Below, piece after piece: positions 40,657-49,720 of a stretch of DNA of 49,736 bases. Within the stretch, counting starts at the first letter, position 1; each line of letters begins with the position of its first letter. The notes beneath the pieces are model-generated. The model was not told where the DNA came from and did no database searches. It saw only the letters and a program-made list of their open reading frames with translations. The position numbers were made by a program, and so were the translations under genes. Origin of the DNA: a bacterium (GTDB lineage Bacteria > Patescibacteriota > Minisyncoccia > Phycocordibacterales > GWA1-40-21); NCBI GenBank assembly GCA_037131755.1, contig JBAXQJ010000005.1, forward strand, positions 1 to 49,736. The letters are read 5' to 3'.

Positions 40657-41895
40657 ATGAGCAAAAAAAACGCCATTCTTTTGATCCTTACCGTCTTCAT
40701 TGGTTTTTTGGCCGCTCTGATTTGGTTTTATTTTAATGCCAATACCCCCTCGGCCAACACAAATACGATTGTCACGACCGGTGACGTCTACGACCCGTTT
40801 GGACTAGGGAACAGAGGTGGGAGCACCAGCCCAGCCACCACTACTTCCGAACAGCCGGTAGTCAATACTCCCGTCACCCAACCTCTTCTCCGAAAAATAT
40901 CCAGCGATCCGGTCTCTGGTTCCATTATTTTTAACAGCAACGCTCGAACCGACATCCGTTATATCCTGCGAGCCAATGGCAACATCTATGAAACCTATAC
41001 CGACTCAACCGAATCAAAAAGAATTTCCAACACCACCATTCCCAAAGTCTATGAGAGCAACTGGCTGCCAAATGGCCAGAATTTGATCATCCGCTATCTC
41101 AAAGATGTCGCCGATGTTATTCAGAGTTTTTCAGTGGAAATAAAAATCGCCACTACTACCGGTAATGAATTTGAGGGGGGGGTCGATGGCATGTTCCTGC
41201 CAGAAAATATTTCACAACTGGCCATCAACCCGCTTGGTGACAAAGTTTTCTATCTGATTTCTGATTTGAACGGCTCTTCCGGCTACATTACCAAAACCAA
41301 TGGTTCCAACAAAAAACTGCTGTTCCAATCGCCGCTTATCGAATGGCAGGTCAGCTGGCCGAAAGAAGACTACATCACTTTCACCACCAAGCCTTCGGCC
41401 AAGACAATCGGTTATATGTACTTCTTAAATACCAAAACTGGCAGTTTTGACCGGGTTATCGGTGACATCGCCGGTCTCACCACCAACACCAATCCAACCG
41501 CCACCAAAATACTTTACTCGGACAGTTCGGCTGGTCTGCCAAAAATTTATCTTTACGATGTGAAGAAAGCTGAAAGCAAGATGCTGCCATGGAATACCTT
41601 GCCAGAGAAATGCGCCTGGGACAAAAACGACGACAAAAATATTTACTGTGCCGTACCAAACCAATTTGGAGAAGGGGACTATCCTGACGCCTGGTATCAA
41701 GGTTTGGTCAGTTTCACTGATTCGATTTGGAAATATGATCAGACGACCGGCGCAACAACTCAGGTTGCCAACCTTAAAAATCTAGCTAACTTGAACATCG
41801 ACGCAACTGACCTTAAAATATCCGGCGCCGGAGACTATATGACCTTTGTCAATAAAACCGATTTGAGTTTTTGGGGACTGAAAATCACACCTTAG
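40657..41895 (+). CDS. N-terminally anchored protein with beta-propeller-like C-terminal region
   Basis: 412 aa with one N-terminal TM, a T/P-rich linker and repeated beta-strand-rich segments. The family is not recognised, and the TolB-like fold is only a guess. Confidence 0.55.
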   Translation: MSKKNAILLILTVFIGFLAALIWFYFNANTPSANTNTIVTTGDVYDPFGLGNRGGSTSPATTTSEQPVVNTPVTQPLLRKISSDPVSGSIIFNSNARTDIRYILRANGNIYETYTDSTESKRISNTTIPKVYESNWLPNGQNLIIRYLKDVADVIQSFSVEIKIATTTGNEFEGGVDGMFLPENISQLAINPLGDKVFYLISDLNGSSGYITKTNGSNKKLLFQSPLIEWQVSWPKEDYITFTTKPSAKTIGYMYFLNTKTGSFDRVIGDIAGLTTNTNPTATKILYSDSSAGLPKIYLYDVKKAESKMLPWNTLPEKCAWDKNDDKNIYCAVPNQFGEGDYPDAWYQGLVSFTDSIWKYDQTTGATTQVANLKNLANLNIDATDLKISGAGDYMTFVNKTDLSFWGLKITP

Positions 41896-41915
41896 AACAT
41901 AGAGTTTAAAATACT

Positions 41916-41950
41916 AAAGACAGGTTTCGGTTTGGCCGAAACCTGTCTTT
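41916..41950 (+). terminator. Intrinsic terminator ending the T4SS-like cluster
   Basis: aaagacaggtttcgg-tttgg-ccgaaacctgtcttt followed by attt. Confidence 0.7.
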
Positions 41951-41961
41951 ATTTTAATCTA

Positions 41962-42069
41962 CTGCCCCCTCAATTACTTTTTTAGAGACTAGCGAGCGCG
42001 ACGGCGCGAGCTCGAGGAATTTTCTAGCAAGAAAATATCCGTGCTCTAAAAAGGTAATTGAGGGGGCAG
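41962..42069 (-). repeat. Structured intergenic element (copy C, inverted orientation)
   Basis: The same core in reverse orientation. The outer stem ctgccccctcaattac / gtaattgagggggcag is perfect. The internal second hairpin is replaced by a different GC hairpin (GCGC-N4-GCGC instead of GGCT-N5-AGCC). It lies 25 nt downstream of the jag stop, in the sense orientation. Confidence 0.8.
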
Positions 42070-42093
42070 GTATCCAAATACTACCCCTTAAGT

Positions 42094-42558
42094 TTAAATC
42101 GCCAAATATTTCACCACTACCCGTCTCGTTTTACCCTCGCCGATCGATTCGGTACTGATGTCCGGCTTTCCAGCAAGAACGCTGTGAACCACCATCCTTT
42201 CATAAGAGGACATCGGGTCCATTTCCACGTCCGTCTTGAGGCTTGTGGCCTGCTCTGCGGCATTCAAAGCCTTCATCTTGATCCGATTATCAGCCTCTGA
42301 TTGCTGATTATTTATATCAATCGTGCATTTAAACAAATCATCGCCCGGCTTGGCATCCTTATTGAAGATTCTTTTCATTACAAAAACGAAATCTTTGTAA
42401 TAATCATCCCTTCCACGGGCTAAATTTTCAAAATCAGCGCTTAAAATAGAAAAAGTATGTCCTCTTTTTTCATCATGAGCATATTGCACGCTTTCCACCA
42501 CCACCCCCATCAGAGCTAGCGTATCCTCGATAATTTTTTTGGCTTTTTCTGCATCCAT
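42094..42558 (-). CDS. jag: Jag/KhpB-like RNA-binding protein (KH + R3H)
   Basis: 154 aa with the C-terminal R3H pattern MDPMSSYERMVVHSVL...GEGKTRRVVVK. It sits downstream of yidC, as in the canonical operon. Confidence 0.8.
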   Translation of the reverse strand: MDAEKAKKIIEDTLALMGVVVESVQYAHDEKRGHTFSILSADFENLARGRDDYYKDFVFVMKRIFNKDAKPGDDLFKCTIDINNQQSEADNRIKMKALNAAEQATSLKTDVEMDPMSSYERMVVHSVLAGKPDISTESIGEGKTRRVVVKYLAI

Positions 42559-42605
42559 AGTGTTTATAAATTATTATTCGGTCACCAAACCGCTTAGTAA
42601 ACAAA

Positions 42606-43328
42606 TTATTTAAGGCGCTTTCTGACATACAATTCCTGTCCGATCGCAAAGACACTCGAGGTAATCAGATATAGCGCAACCACCGCCTGGAAACTCATCG
42701 CAATGAAAAACATCATGATCGGCATCACGTACTGCATTTGCGTACTCATGCTTTTGGCCAATTCTTCTTTAAAACCGCCCTCCTTTGAACCATCTGGGGT
42801 TTTATTGGCCGGCATAGTAAACCTGATCTGCAAGTACTGGCCGATTCCTACTAACACAGCCAGTATAGTGTTTTTGTGAGTAATGTCAAAAAGTCCCAAG
42901 AACATAGTGTTGATATGCTGGGGAACATGCACAAATGAATAGAGAATATCGGTATTGATGTTGGTAATGCCAGTTTTGCTATAAAATACCCAATAGAGGG
43001 CAATCAGTATTGGAATTTGGATTAAGGTTAGGAATATTCCGGCAAAAGGATTAACGCCCTTCTCTTTATACAGAGCCATTATTTTAATCGTCTGCTCTTG
43101 TTTGTTGTTCTTGTATTTGATCTTGATTGCATCAATGTCTGGCTGGATCATCTTCAGCTCGATCTGGCTGATGACCGACCGTCGGGAAAGGGGGAAGAGG
43201 ATGAGTTTGACCAAAATAGTCAACAAAATAACCACAATACCAGCATCAATCCAAGGGAAAAGTCCGATGGTACCAATAAAAACATTGTAAAGAGGGTTAT
43301 AGAGAAAAGTATGAAATAAATATGACAT
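42606..43328 (-). CDS. yidC: YidC/Oxa1-family membrane protein insertase (short form)
   Basis: 240 aa with multiple TM segments and motifs LSRRSVISQIELKMIQPDIDAIKIKYKNN and KEKGVNPFAG. It lies in the rnpA-yidC-jag context. Confidence 0.9.
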   Translation of the reverse strand: MSYLFHTFLYNPLYNVFIGTIGLFPWIDAGIVVILLTILVKLILFPLSRRSVISQIELKMIQPDIDAIKIKYKNNKQEQTIKIMALYKEKGVNPFAGIFLTLIQIPILIALYWVFYSKTGITNINTDILYSFVHVPQHINTMFLGLFDITHKNTILAVLVGIGQYLQIRFTMPANKTPDGSKEGGFKEELAKSMSTQMQYVMPIMMFFIAMSFQAVVALYLITSSVFAIGQELYVRKRLK

Positions 43329-43394
43329 TCCGACATTCTACCCCAGATATCATATTTTTTCCAGCTGGTTTTGGTGTTAGTTATAAATCTTACA

Positions 43395-43494
43395 TTTTAA
43401 GAGCACGGATATTTTCTTGCCTGCCTCACCGACTCATCAAGGCGGGCTAGAAAATTCCTCTATCATTCCCGCGCAGGCGGGAATGACGGCTAGT
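43395..43494 (+). repeat. Structured intergenic element (copy D, divergent; antisense to the rnpA-yidC operon)
   Basis: TTTTAAGAGCACGGATATTTTCTTGC...CTAGAAAATTCCTC is retained. Hairpin 1 is extended by GCCTGCC/GGCGGGC, and hairpin 2 is replaced by CATTCCCGC-GCAG-GCGGGAATG. The 3-prime CTAG overlaps the rnpA stop codon. Confidence 0.7.
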
Positions 43495-43828
43495 TTAATA
43501 TCCCGGCTTTTTTAAGCAATTCCTCTGTTTCTTGACCTAAAATTTTACCGTTTTCCTCCTTGGTTTTTACAAAAAAAGCGCATAAATACTGGGGTTTTGA
43601 GGATTTTAACAGTTTTTCCACAGTCGCCGAGACCCGTCTTTTCACTAAATGACGTCCGACTGAGGTTTTTTGTACTTTTGCTGGCACAACAATCGAAAAA
43701 CGGCTTATATCATCAATATTTTCTGATTTTAAGTACTTGATATATAGGTTTTGACCATGCAAAAATCGCCCTTTTTTCAAAATAGTGGAGAAATCTTCTT
43801 TTTTTAAGCGGTTTTTTGTAGGCAACAT
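43490..43828 (-). CDS. rnpA: Ribonuclease P protein component
   Basis: 112 aa: MLPTKNRLKK.DF..ILKKG.....N..IKY...., basic, directly downstream of rpmH. Confidence 0.9.
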   Translation of the reverse strand: MLPTKNRLKKEDFSTILKKGRFLHGQNLYIKYLKSENIDDISRFSIVVPAKVQKTSVGRHLVKRRVSATVEKLLKSSKPQYLCAFFVKTKEENGKILGQETEELLKKAGILN

Positions 43829-43908
43829 CTTTTTTTTAACTTAATTTAACCTAATTATACAACAAAACGGACTTTCGTCCGTTTAATTATACACTTTTTA
43901 GTTTAAAA

Positions 43909-44046
43909 CTAGATAGTGACGAGCTTCTTGCGTCCTTTGCGCATTCTTTTCTTCAAGACTCTTTTACCATAAGCGGTTTTGCTTCGGGAAAGAAAGCCGT
44001 GGGTCTTTGCTCGCTTTTTCTTTTTAGGATTGTATGTAAATGACAT
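43909..44046 (-). CDS. rpmH: 50S ribosomal protein L34
   Basis: Not in the ORF track because it is under 60 aa. Translation by hand of the minus strand gives MSFTYNPKKKKRAKTHGFLSRSKTAYGKRVLKKRMRKGRKKLVTI-stop (45 aa). Confidence 0.9.
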   Translation of the reverse strand: MSFTYNPKKKKRAKTHGFLSRSKTAYGKRVLKKRMRKGRKKLVTI

Positions 44047-44211
44047 AATGAGGGAGTGTAACTGATTTTTAGATGAAAGTCAAATTAAAGAAACTGGTTT
44101 GAGTTGTTTTTAAAAACAAAACGAGTCCACAAGTTATCCCCAAGTTTTAAACATAATTTTGTTTTGTTAACAAGTATCACATACTATAATTCGGTATATA
44201 ATATTAAAATT

Positions 44212-45552
44212 ATGTTTGATACAAAAACTCTTTGGAATAATGTCCTGGCGGAAATGGAACTATCGATGTCCAAGGCTAATTTTAGCATGTGGTTTAAAGA
44301 CACCCTCATCACCAAAATAGACACCGATGGAACGGTTTATGTTGGGGTGCCAAATGTCTTTGTTAAGGATTGGCTTATAAATAAATTCCACAAAAACATC
44401 CTTAAGAGCCTTCGTAATTTCGGCGAGAACATCCGTTCCGTGGAATATGTGGTCGTGAAAAACGAAACCATAAAGGAGGCGCAGAAGAATACCAACATCC
44501 ATCACAACGAGCTCCCGCTTCATGATTTTTATATCAACAAAGACGACAACTTGAATCCAAAATATGTTTTTGAAACTTTTGTGGTCGGTCCCTTCAACGA
44601 GCTAGCGCATGCCGCTTCACAGGCGATTATCAAGCGTACGGCGGTTTACAATCCTTTCTTTGTTTACGGCAATACCGGTCACGGCAAGACCCACCTGATC
44701 CAGGCGATAGGGAACCACACCAAAACGGCCGATCCGAGCAAGAAAATATTTTATCTGACTTCCGAAAGGTTTGCGGTGGATCTTTTGAATTCCATTCAAA
44801 ATGGAACGATGAATAATTTCAAGGATAAATACCGCAAGTACGACCTCTTGATCATTGACGACATACAGTTTCTGGCAGGCAAACAAAAAATGATGGAGGA
44901 ATTTTTCCATCTTTTCAATAATTTTTACGACAACAACAAGCAGATTATCTTCTCTTCCGATAAACACCCGAATTTTATTCCCGGTCTGGAAGATCGTTTG
45001 AAATCAAGGCTTAATTCAGGCATGATCGTCGAAATTCCTTGCCCCGACCTCGAATCACGCATGCAGATTTTCAAGATCAAGTCTTCAATGATGAATTTTT
45101 CCTTGTCACCGGAAACAATCGAATATCTAGCCTCGTCAGTCGAGGGCAACATCAGGGAAATTGAAGGTATCTTAAACGCGATCATCTGCCAGTCCCAGCT
45201 TAGAAACAGGGACTTAACGATCAATGAAATAAAGGATTTGATTAAGAACAACATCAAACCCAAGAAAAATGCCTCGATCAAGGAAGTAATCAAAACCATT
45301 GCTGAATTTTACGGCGTCTCCGAGCAAGAAGTTTATGAGAAGAACCGCAAAAAAGAGGTGGTCAAGCCAAGACAAATCATTATGTATGTTCTCCGTGAAG
45401 ATTTTGACGTGTCCTATCCGACGATCGGCGAGAAACTTGGAGGAAAAGACCACACCACCGTCATGCACTCTTACGAAAAGATAAAAGAGGATATCAAAAA
45501 AGACCCGTCGCTAGCCCGAGAAGTAAACCAGATCCGTTCAATGTTCACCTAA
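44212..45552 (+). CDS. dnaA: Chromosomal replication initiator protein DnaA
   Basis: Trimmed to MFDTKTLWNNV... It has Walker A GNTGHGKTHL, LLIIDDIQFL, and the C-terminal DNA-binding motif YPTIGEKLGGKDHTTVMHSYEKI. Confidence 0.95.
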   Translation: MFDTKTLWNNVLAEMELSMSKANFSMWFKDTLITKIDTDGTVYVGVPNVFVKDWLINKFHKNILKSLRNFGENIRSVEYVVVKNETIKEAQKNTNIHHNELPLHDFYINKDDNLNPKYVFETFVVGPFNELAHAASQAIIKRTAVYNPFFVYGNTGHGKTHLIQAIGNHTKTADPSKKIFYLTSERFAVDLLNSIQNGTMNNFKDKYRKYDLLIIDDIQFLAGKQKMMEEFFHLFNNFYDNNKQIIFSSDKHPNFIPGLEDRLKSRLNSGMIVEIPCPDLESRMQIFKIKSSMMNFSLSPETIEYLASSVEGNIREIEGILNAIICQSQLRNRDLTINEIKDLIKNNIKPKKNASIKEVIKTIAEFYGVSEQEVYEKNRKKEVVKPRQIIMYVLREDFDVSYPTIGEKLGGKDHTTVMHSYEKIKEDIKKDPSLAREVNQIRSMFT

Positions 45553-45803
45553 ACTGGATAACTTGTGGATAAGGTTGGGAATAAATGTTCATTAAGTACT
45601 AAAAAAGAGAATAATTATCCACATTTAAAATTCGATTAGAAAAAATAAAAATAAATATCAGAAAGATATTCACAGACTATACTTCCTTAATCATAAAAAA
45701 TCCTTACAAACCAACACTTAAAAGACTTATCAACTTATCAACATACATAATAGTAATAATCTTATATTTATTTATAAAAAAAGAGAAAAACTATTAAACA
45801 CCT
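45553..45803. other. oriC candidate (DnaA boxes plus AT-rich unwinding region)
   Basis: Perfect boxes TGTGGATAA (45564-45572) and TTATCCACA (45615-45623). Imperfect boxes lie at 45553-45561, 45666-45674, 45727-45735 and 45735-45743. A nearly pure A/T tract lies at 45745-45800. TTATCCCCA (44134-44142) lies upstream of dnaA. Confidence 0.75.
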
Positions 45804-46904
45804 ATGAAAGTAGAATGCATCAAAGAAAAATTATACAGCGCGGTTTCCAAAGCCGATAAGGTGACTGGAAAGAACCTGACTTTGCCAGTATTATCCTGTG
45901 TGTTGTTGGAAGCCAAAGGAAATTTTTTGACCGTAAAAGCCACCAATTTGGACTTAGGTTTGGAAATCAAGGTACCGGCAAAAATAGAGTCAGAAGGTGT
46001 TGTGGCCGTTCCAGGATCGGTGTTGAATAGTTTCTTGTCCAACCTTCAAGATGATAAGAGTATTAATTTGGAGCTGGTTGAGGGTAATTTGGTTGTTTTC
46101 TCTTCCAATAACAAGGCGGTAATAAAAACTTTTACCGTGGATGATTTTCCAACTATTCCTAGCGTGGAAAATGAGAAAGTGTTTATTTTGGCTGCTGCTG
46201 ATTTTGTTAAGGGTTTGAAAGCTGTCTGGTATAGTGCTTCCACTTCAAATATCAAGCCGGAATTATCCAGTGTCTATATTCATTCAAATGACGACGGTTT
46301 GGTTTTTGTGGCAACCGATTCTTTTCGTTTGGCCGAAAAGACAGTTAAGGCTAAAAAGGTTGAAGAATTCGGTTCGGTTTTGATTCCATTTAAAAATGTT
46401 GCCGATATTCTAAAGATAATAAACGATGAAAAGGAGGAAATGGAGGTAAATATCACCAAAAATCAGATTTCTTTGAAATTTAGCAATACTTACGTTGTAT
46501 CTAGAGTGATTGATGGTGTTTTCCCTGATTATAAACAGATTATTCCTAAGGAGTTTAAGACGGAAGTTGTTGTTTTAAAGCAGGATTTGGTAAACACCTT
46601 GAAAATATCGAATATTTTTTCTGACACTTTCAATCAAATCAATATCAAGGCGCTGGCCTCAGAAAAGAAGTTTGAGTTCAGGACTAAAAATTCCAATGTT
46701 GGAGAAAACGTTAATAATATCCAGGCGGCGATTACCGGTGAAGATGTGGAAATAAATTTCAATTTCAAATACATCATCGATTGTTTCCAATCGATTGATT
46801 CTGATAGCGTATCTATGTCTTTTAATGGCCTGGCCAAGCCGATGGTGATCAAAGGGGTGAGTGATAAGAGTTTTACTTATCTGGTAATGCCTATGAATAG
46901 GTAA
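45804..46904 (+). CDS. dnaN: DNA polymerase III beta sliding clamp
   Basis: 366 aa, three-domain beta-clamp pattern (ATDSFRLA, VMPM near the C-terminus), immediately after dnaA. Confidence 0.93.
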   Translation: MKVECIKEKLYSAVSKADKVTGKNLTLPVLSCVLLEAKGNFLTVKATNLDLGLEIKVPAKIESEGVVAVPGSVLNSFLSNLQDDKSINLELVEGNLVVFSSNNKAVIKTFTVDDFPTIPSVENEKVFILAAADFVKGLKAVWYSASTSNIKPELSSVYIHSNDDGLVFVATDSFRLAEKTVKAKKVEEFGSVLIPFKNVADILKIINDEKEEMEVNITKNQISLKFSNTYVVSRVIDGVFPDYKQIIPKEFKTEVVVLKQDLVNTLKISNIFSDTFNQINIKALASEKKFEFRTKNSNVGENVNNIQAAITGEDVEINFNFKYIIDCFQSIDSDSVSMSFNGLAKPMVIKGVSDKSFTYLVMPMNR

Positions 46905-46942
46905 AATATGAAAATTATTCGAATAATTTTCATATATTATTT

Positions 46943-47197
46943 ATGTTCAACATATCCCTATATTTAAATAAGTTTAAGAATATCGGCCAGGACGAGCGCC
47001 GGTTGAAGGAGGTGATTGTGGCAACCATCAAAGAGCTGGTTGGAGTGGATATTGGTTATGAAAATGTGACGGTAAAAAAGGGTGAGGCGGTCATTGCTGT
47101 TTCACCGGCTTATAAAAACGCCATTTATATCAAAAAAGAAAAAATTCTAAAAAGCGTTTCCGACCAGTTGGGAAGAGGAGTGGGGAATATTAGGTAG
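46943..47197 (+). CDS. Small DUF721/DciA-like protein
   Basis: 84 aa. The call rests on position after dnaN and the pattern V.V..G.AVIAVS.A....I...K..IL. The assignment is tentative. Confidence 0.4.
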   Translation: MFNISLYLNKFKNIGQDERRLKEVIVATIKELVGVDIGYENVTVKKGEAVIAVSPAYKNAIYIKKEKILKSVSDQLGRGVGNIR

Positions 47198-47200
47198 GGC

Positions 47201-49720
47201 CTACTCGCTGACTTTGAATGTCATCTCGGCTTCTCCTTTGTTGAAGACCGAATCAACCCCAACAACTTTCAAGGTGTTGGTGGTGGAAATAGCCTTGATT
47301 GAGGCTGGATTTAGGATGAAATAAAATGGCGCAGTTTTACCGGTGCCGGCATATTCATTATTGATATAGAAATCGACTTTGGATAGGGGATAAATGGAAC
47401 TATTGGTCACATAAATCGCGGTTTTACTTGTCTTACTGTAAATTTGGTTCGAGTCGAGATTTATTATTTTAAGTTTAGGACTATTTTGCAGTGTGTGAAC
47501 ATTGTCGTAAGTTGTCGGTTTCACTGGTTGCGCTATATATTGCGTTTTCAACCAATCCTGAACTGAAGTTTCCCAACGATCATATTGAGGATCATCGCTT
47601 GGGTTGGTTGGAACCGGACCGGTCGGGTTGTTCTTGTCTACCCAATGCAATATTTCATGGACATTAGGCACAAAAACTTCTTGTTTGGTTTCTGTTGGTG
47701 TCAAATCAGTGGCTAGTCTTTGGGAGATCTTGTCAATTGTGTAGGATTCATTACCCAGCCAGATGCCTCGGAGAACGGGCTTGAGGTTTTGGTCAACGGG
47801 TTGCGGGTCGTTGAAATATTCCACCGGCAAAGTCTTGAGGATCTCATCCATTACCGCTCGCCACATTGGAGAAACAATAAGTCCGGCCGTTTTCTTTACC
47901 ATCGGTGAATTATCATTGTTTCCGGCCCAAGCTCCAAGGACGATGTTTGGCGCATAACCGATAATCCAAGCATCGCGAGAGTCGTTGGTGGTACCGGTTT
48001 TTACAGCGACTTGGCGATCAGCCACATAGAGCGGGGAATTCAAACCATAGGCAGGAGCACGAGCGACATTATCAGAGAGAATGTCGGAAATTTGATCGGT
48101 GGTGTTGGTTGGCAAAACGGTCTGCGGTGCCGGAGTAAACTGCTCCAGGATTTTTCCATCAGCATCTTCGATTTTCAGGATACCAACTGTTGGATTGCGT
48201 ACTCCTTCATTTGCAAATACGCCATAAGCGCCGGTCATTTCAAGTGGAGACACTTCGCCACCTCCAAGAACGAGAGTTAAGCCGTACTGATTTACATTGG
48301 TGAGGCTGGTGACGCCCATATTTTGAGCGGTATCTAGAGAGTCCTGGATTCCGGCCAGATAAAGCATCTTGACCGCCGGGATGTTCCTGGATTGAGCCAA
48401 AGCATCTCGTAATTTCATCGGCCCTTCGAATTTATTATCATAATCATCCGGCATATAGCAGTCTGAGGTTGAAGCCGTCGGCGACAATGGCTTGCTGTAA
48501 GCATCACAAGCGCTCGAGAACTGGGTGGGTAGGTCAAAGACGACCGTGTCGGGCGTATAGCCTTTATTGAAGGCGGTAGCGTAGACGATCGGTTTGAAAG
48601 TCGAACCTGGCTGGCGATGAGCGATGGCGACATTAAAAGCACCATTGATTTCTTTGTCAAAATAATCGCGCGAACCGACCATGATTAGTATTTGGCCGGT
48701 CTTGGGATCGATCGCGACGACCGAAGCGTTTTCTGCCCCAAAGTTTATTTTATTTTGAAGAGCGTATTGCTTGACCAAAGCCTCTGCTTTTTCCTGGAGG
48801 GAATAATCAAGGGTGGTTGTCACTTTTAGTCCGCCTTCATTGACCATTTTTTCACCATACTTGTCTTCGAGGTATTGGCGGATATAAGTGACAAAATGCG
48901 GAGCGCGGATGTTTATTTTTTGCTGCGGGGTGAAAGTGACGACTTCTTTTTTCGCATTATCATATTCAGCCTGGGTAATTAATTTGTTTACCAACATTCG
49001 AGACAAAACCAAATTTTTTCGGTTGTCCAATTTGTCCTTATTATTGCCATAAGGTGAATAGTAGGTGGGAGCGTTGGGTATGGCTGCGAGATAGGCCGCT
49101 TCCGCAAGGGTGACATCAGACGCCTTTTTGCCAAAGAAGGTTCGGCTGGCTTCTTCCACCCCATAAATACTGCCACCATAAGGAATTTCATTTAGATAAA
49201 TAGAGAGGATTTGATCCTTCGGCATCGAAGCATCAAGCTTGATAGCCAAAAACCACTCCTTGAGCTTGCGGGAGATTGTGACCTCGGAGGTAAGTAGGGA
49301 ATTTTTTATCACCTGCTGGGTAATGGTCGATCCGCTGCCGCCCGTGCCGCCCACCAAATGGGAAAGGAAGGCCCGAATGATCGAGGTGATGCGAATACCG
49401 TGATGCTGATAAAATTCAGCGTCTTCAATGGCAATCGCGGCATTCTTGATGTTCTGGGAAATGTTTTCAAAAGGGATGACCTGTCTTTTTATATCTTGGT
49501 TGATGTCAAATAGGATGATTTGGCCGGTTCGGTCGTAAATCTTGGTGCTTTGGGCGACAGTTCTGGTTTCAAACGAGCTTAAGTCAGGTATTTCAAAGGT
49601 TGAAATCCATAAAGCCAAGGCACCAACTCCGACAAATCCGGCAGCCAAACAAGAAATAATAATGATTTTAAGGTGTTTTTTAAGAAATTTCAAAAAACCC
49701 CTGGTTTTGTGTTTTATCAT
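47201..49720 (-). CDS. Class A penicillin-binding protein (transglycosylase/transpeptidase)
   Basis: 839 aa with an N-terminal TM, GT51 motifs (IEDAEFYQHHGI, GGSTITQQ), transpeptidase STFKP, and a C-terminal extension of about 150 aa. Confidence 0.92.
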   Translation of the reverse strand: MIKHKTRGFLKFLKKHLKIIIISCLAAGFVGVGALALWISTFEIPDLSSFETRTVAQSTKIYDRTGQIILFDINQDIKRQVIPFENISQNIKNAAIAIEDAEFYQHHGIRITSIIRAFLSHLVGGTGGSGSTITQQVIKNSLLTSEVTISRKLKEWFLAIKLDASMPKDQILSIYLNEIPYGGSIYGVEEASRTFFGKKASDVTLAEAAYLAAIPNAPTYYSPYGNNKDKLDNRKNLVLSRMLVNKLITQAEYDNAKKEVVTFTPQQKINIRAPHFVTYIRQYLEDKYGEKMVNEGGLKVTTTLDYSLQEKAEALVKQYALQNKINFGAENASVVAIDPKTGQILIMVGSRDYFDKEINGAFNVAIAHRQPGSTFKPIVYATAFNKGYTPDTVVFDLPTQFSSACDAYSKPLSPTASTSDCYMPDDYDNKFEGPMKLRDALAQSRNIPAVKMLYLAGIQDSLDTAQNMGVTSLTNVNQYGLTLVLGGGEVSPLEMTGAYGVFANEGVRNPTVGILKIEDADGKILEQFTPAPQTVLPTNTTDQISDILSDNVARAPAYGLNSPLYVADRQVAVKTGTTNDSRDAWIIGYAPNIVLGAWAGNNDNSPMVKKTAGLIVSPMWRAVMDEILKTLPVEYFNDPQPVDQNLKPVLRGIWLGNESYTIDKISQRLATDLTPTETKQEVFVPNVHEILHWVDKNNPTGPVPTNPSDDPQYDRWETSVQDWLKTQYIAQPVKPTTYDNVHTLQNSPKLKIINLDSNQIYSKTSKTAIYVTNSSIYPLSKVDFYINNEYAGTGKTAPFYFILNPASIKAISTTNTLKVVGVDSVFNKGEAEMTFKVSE

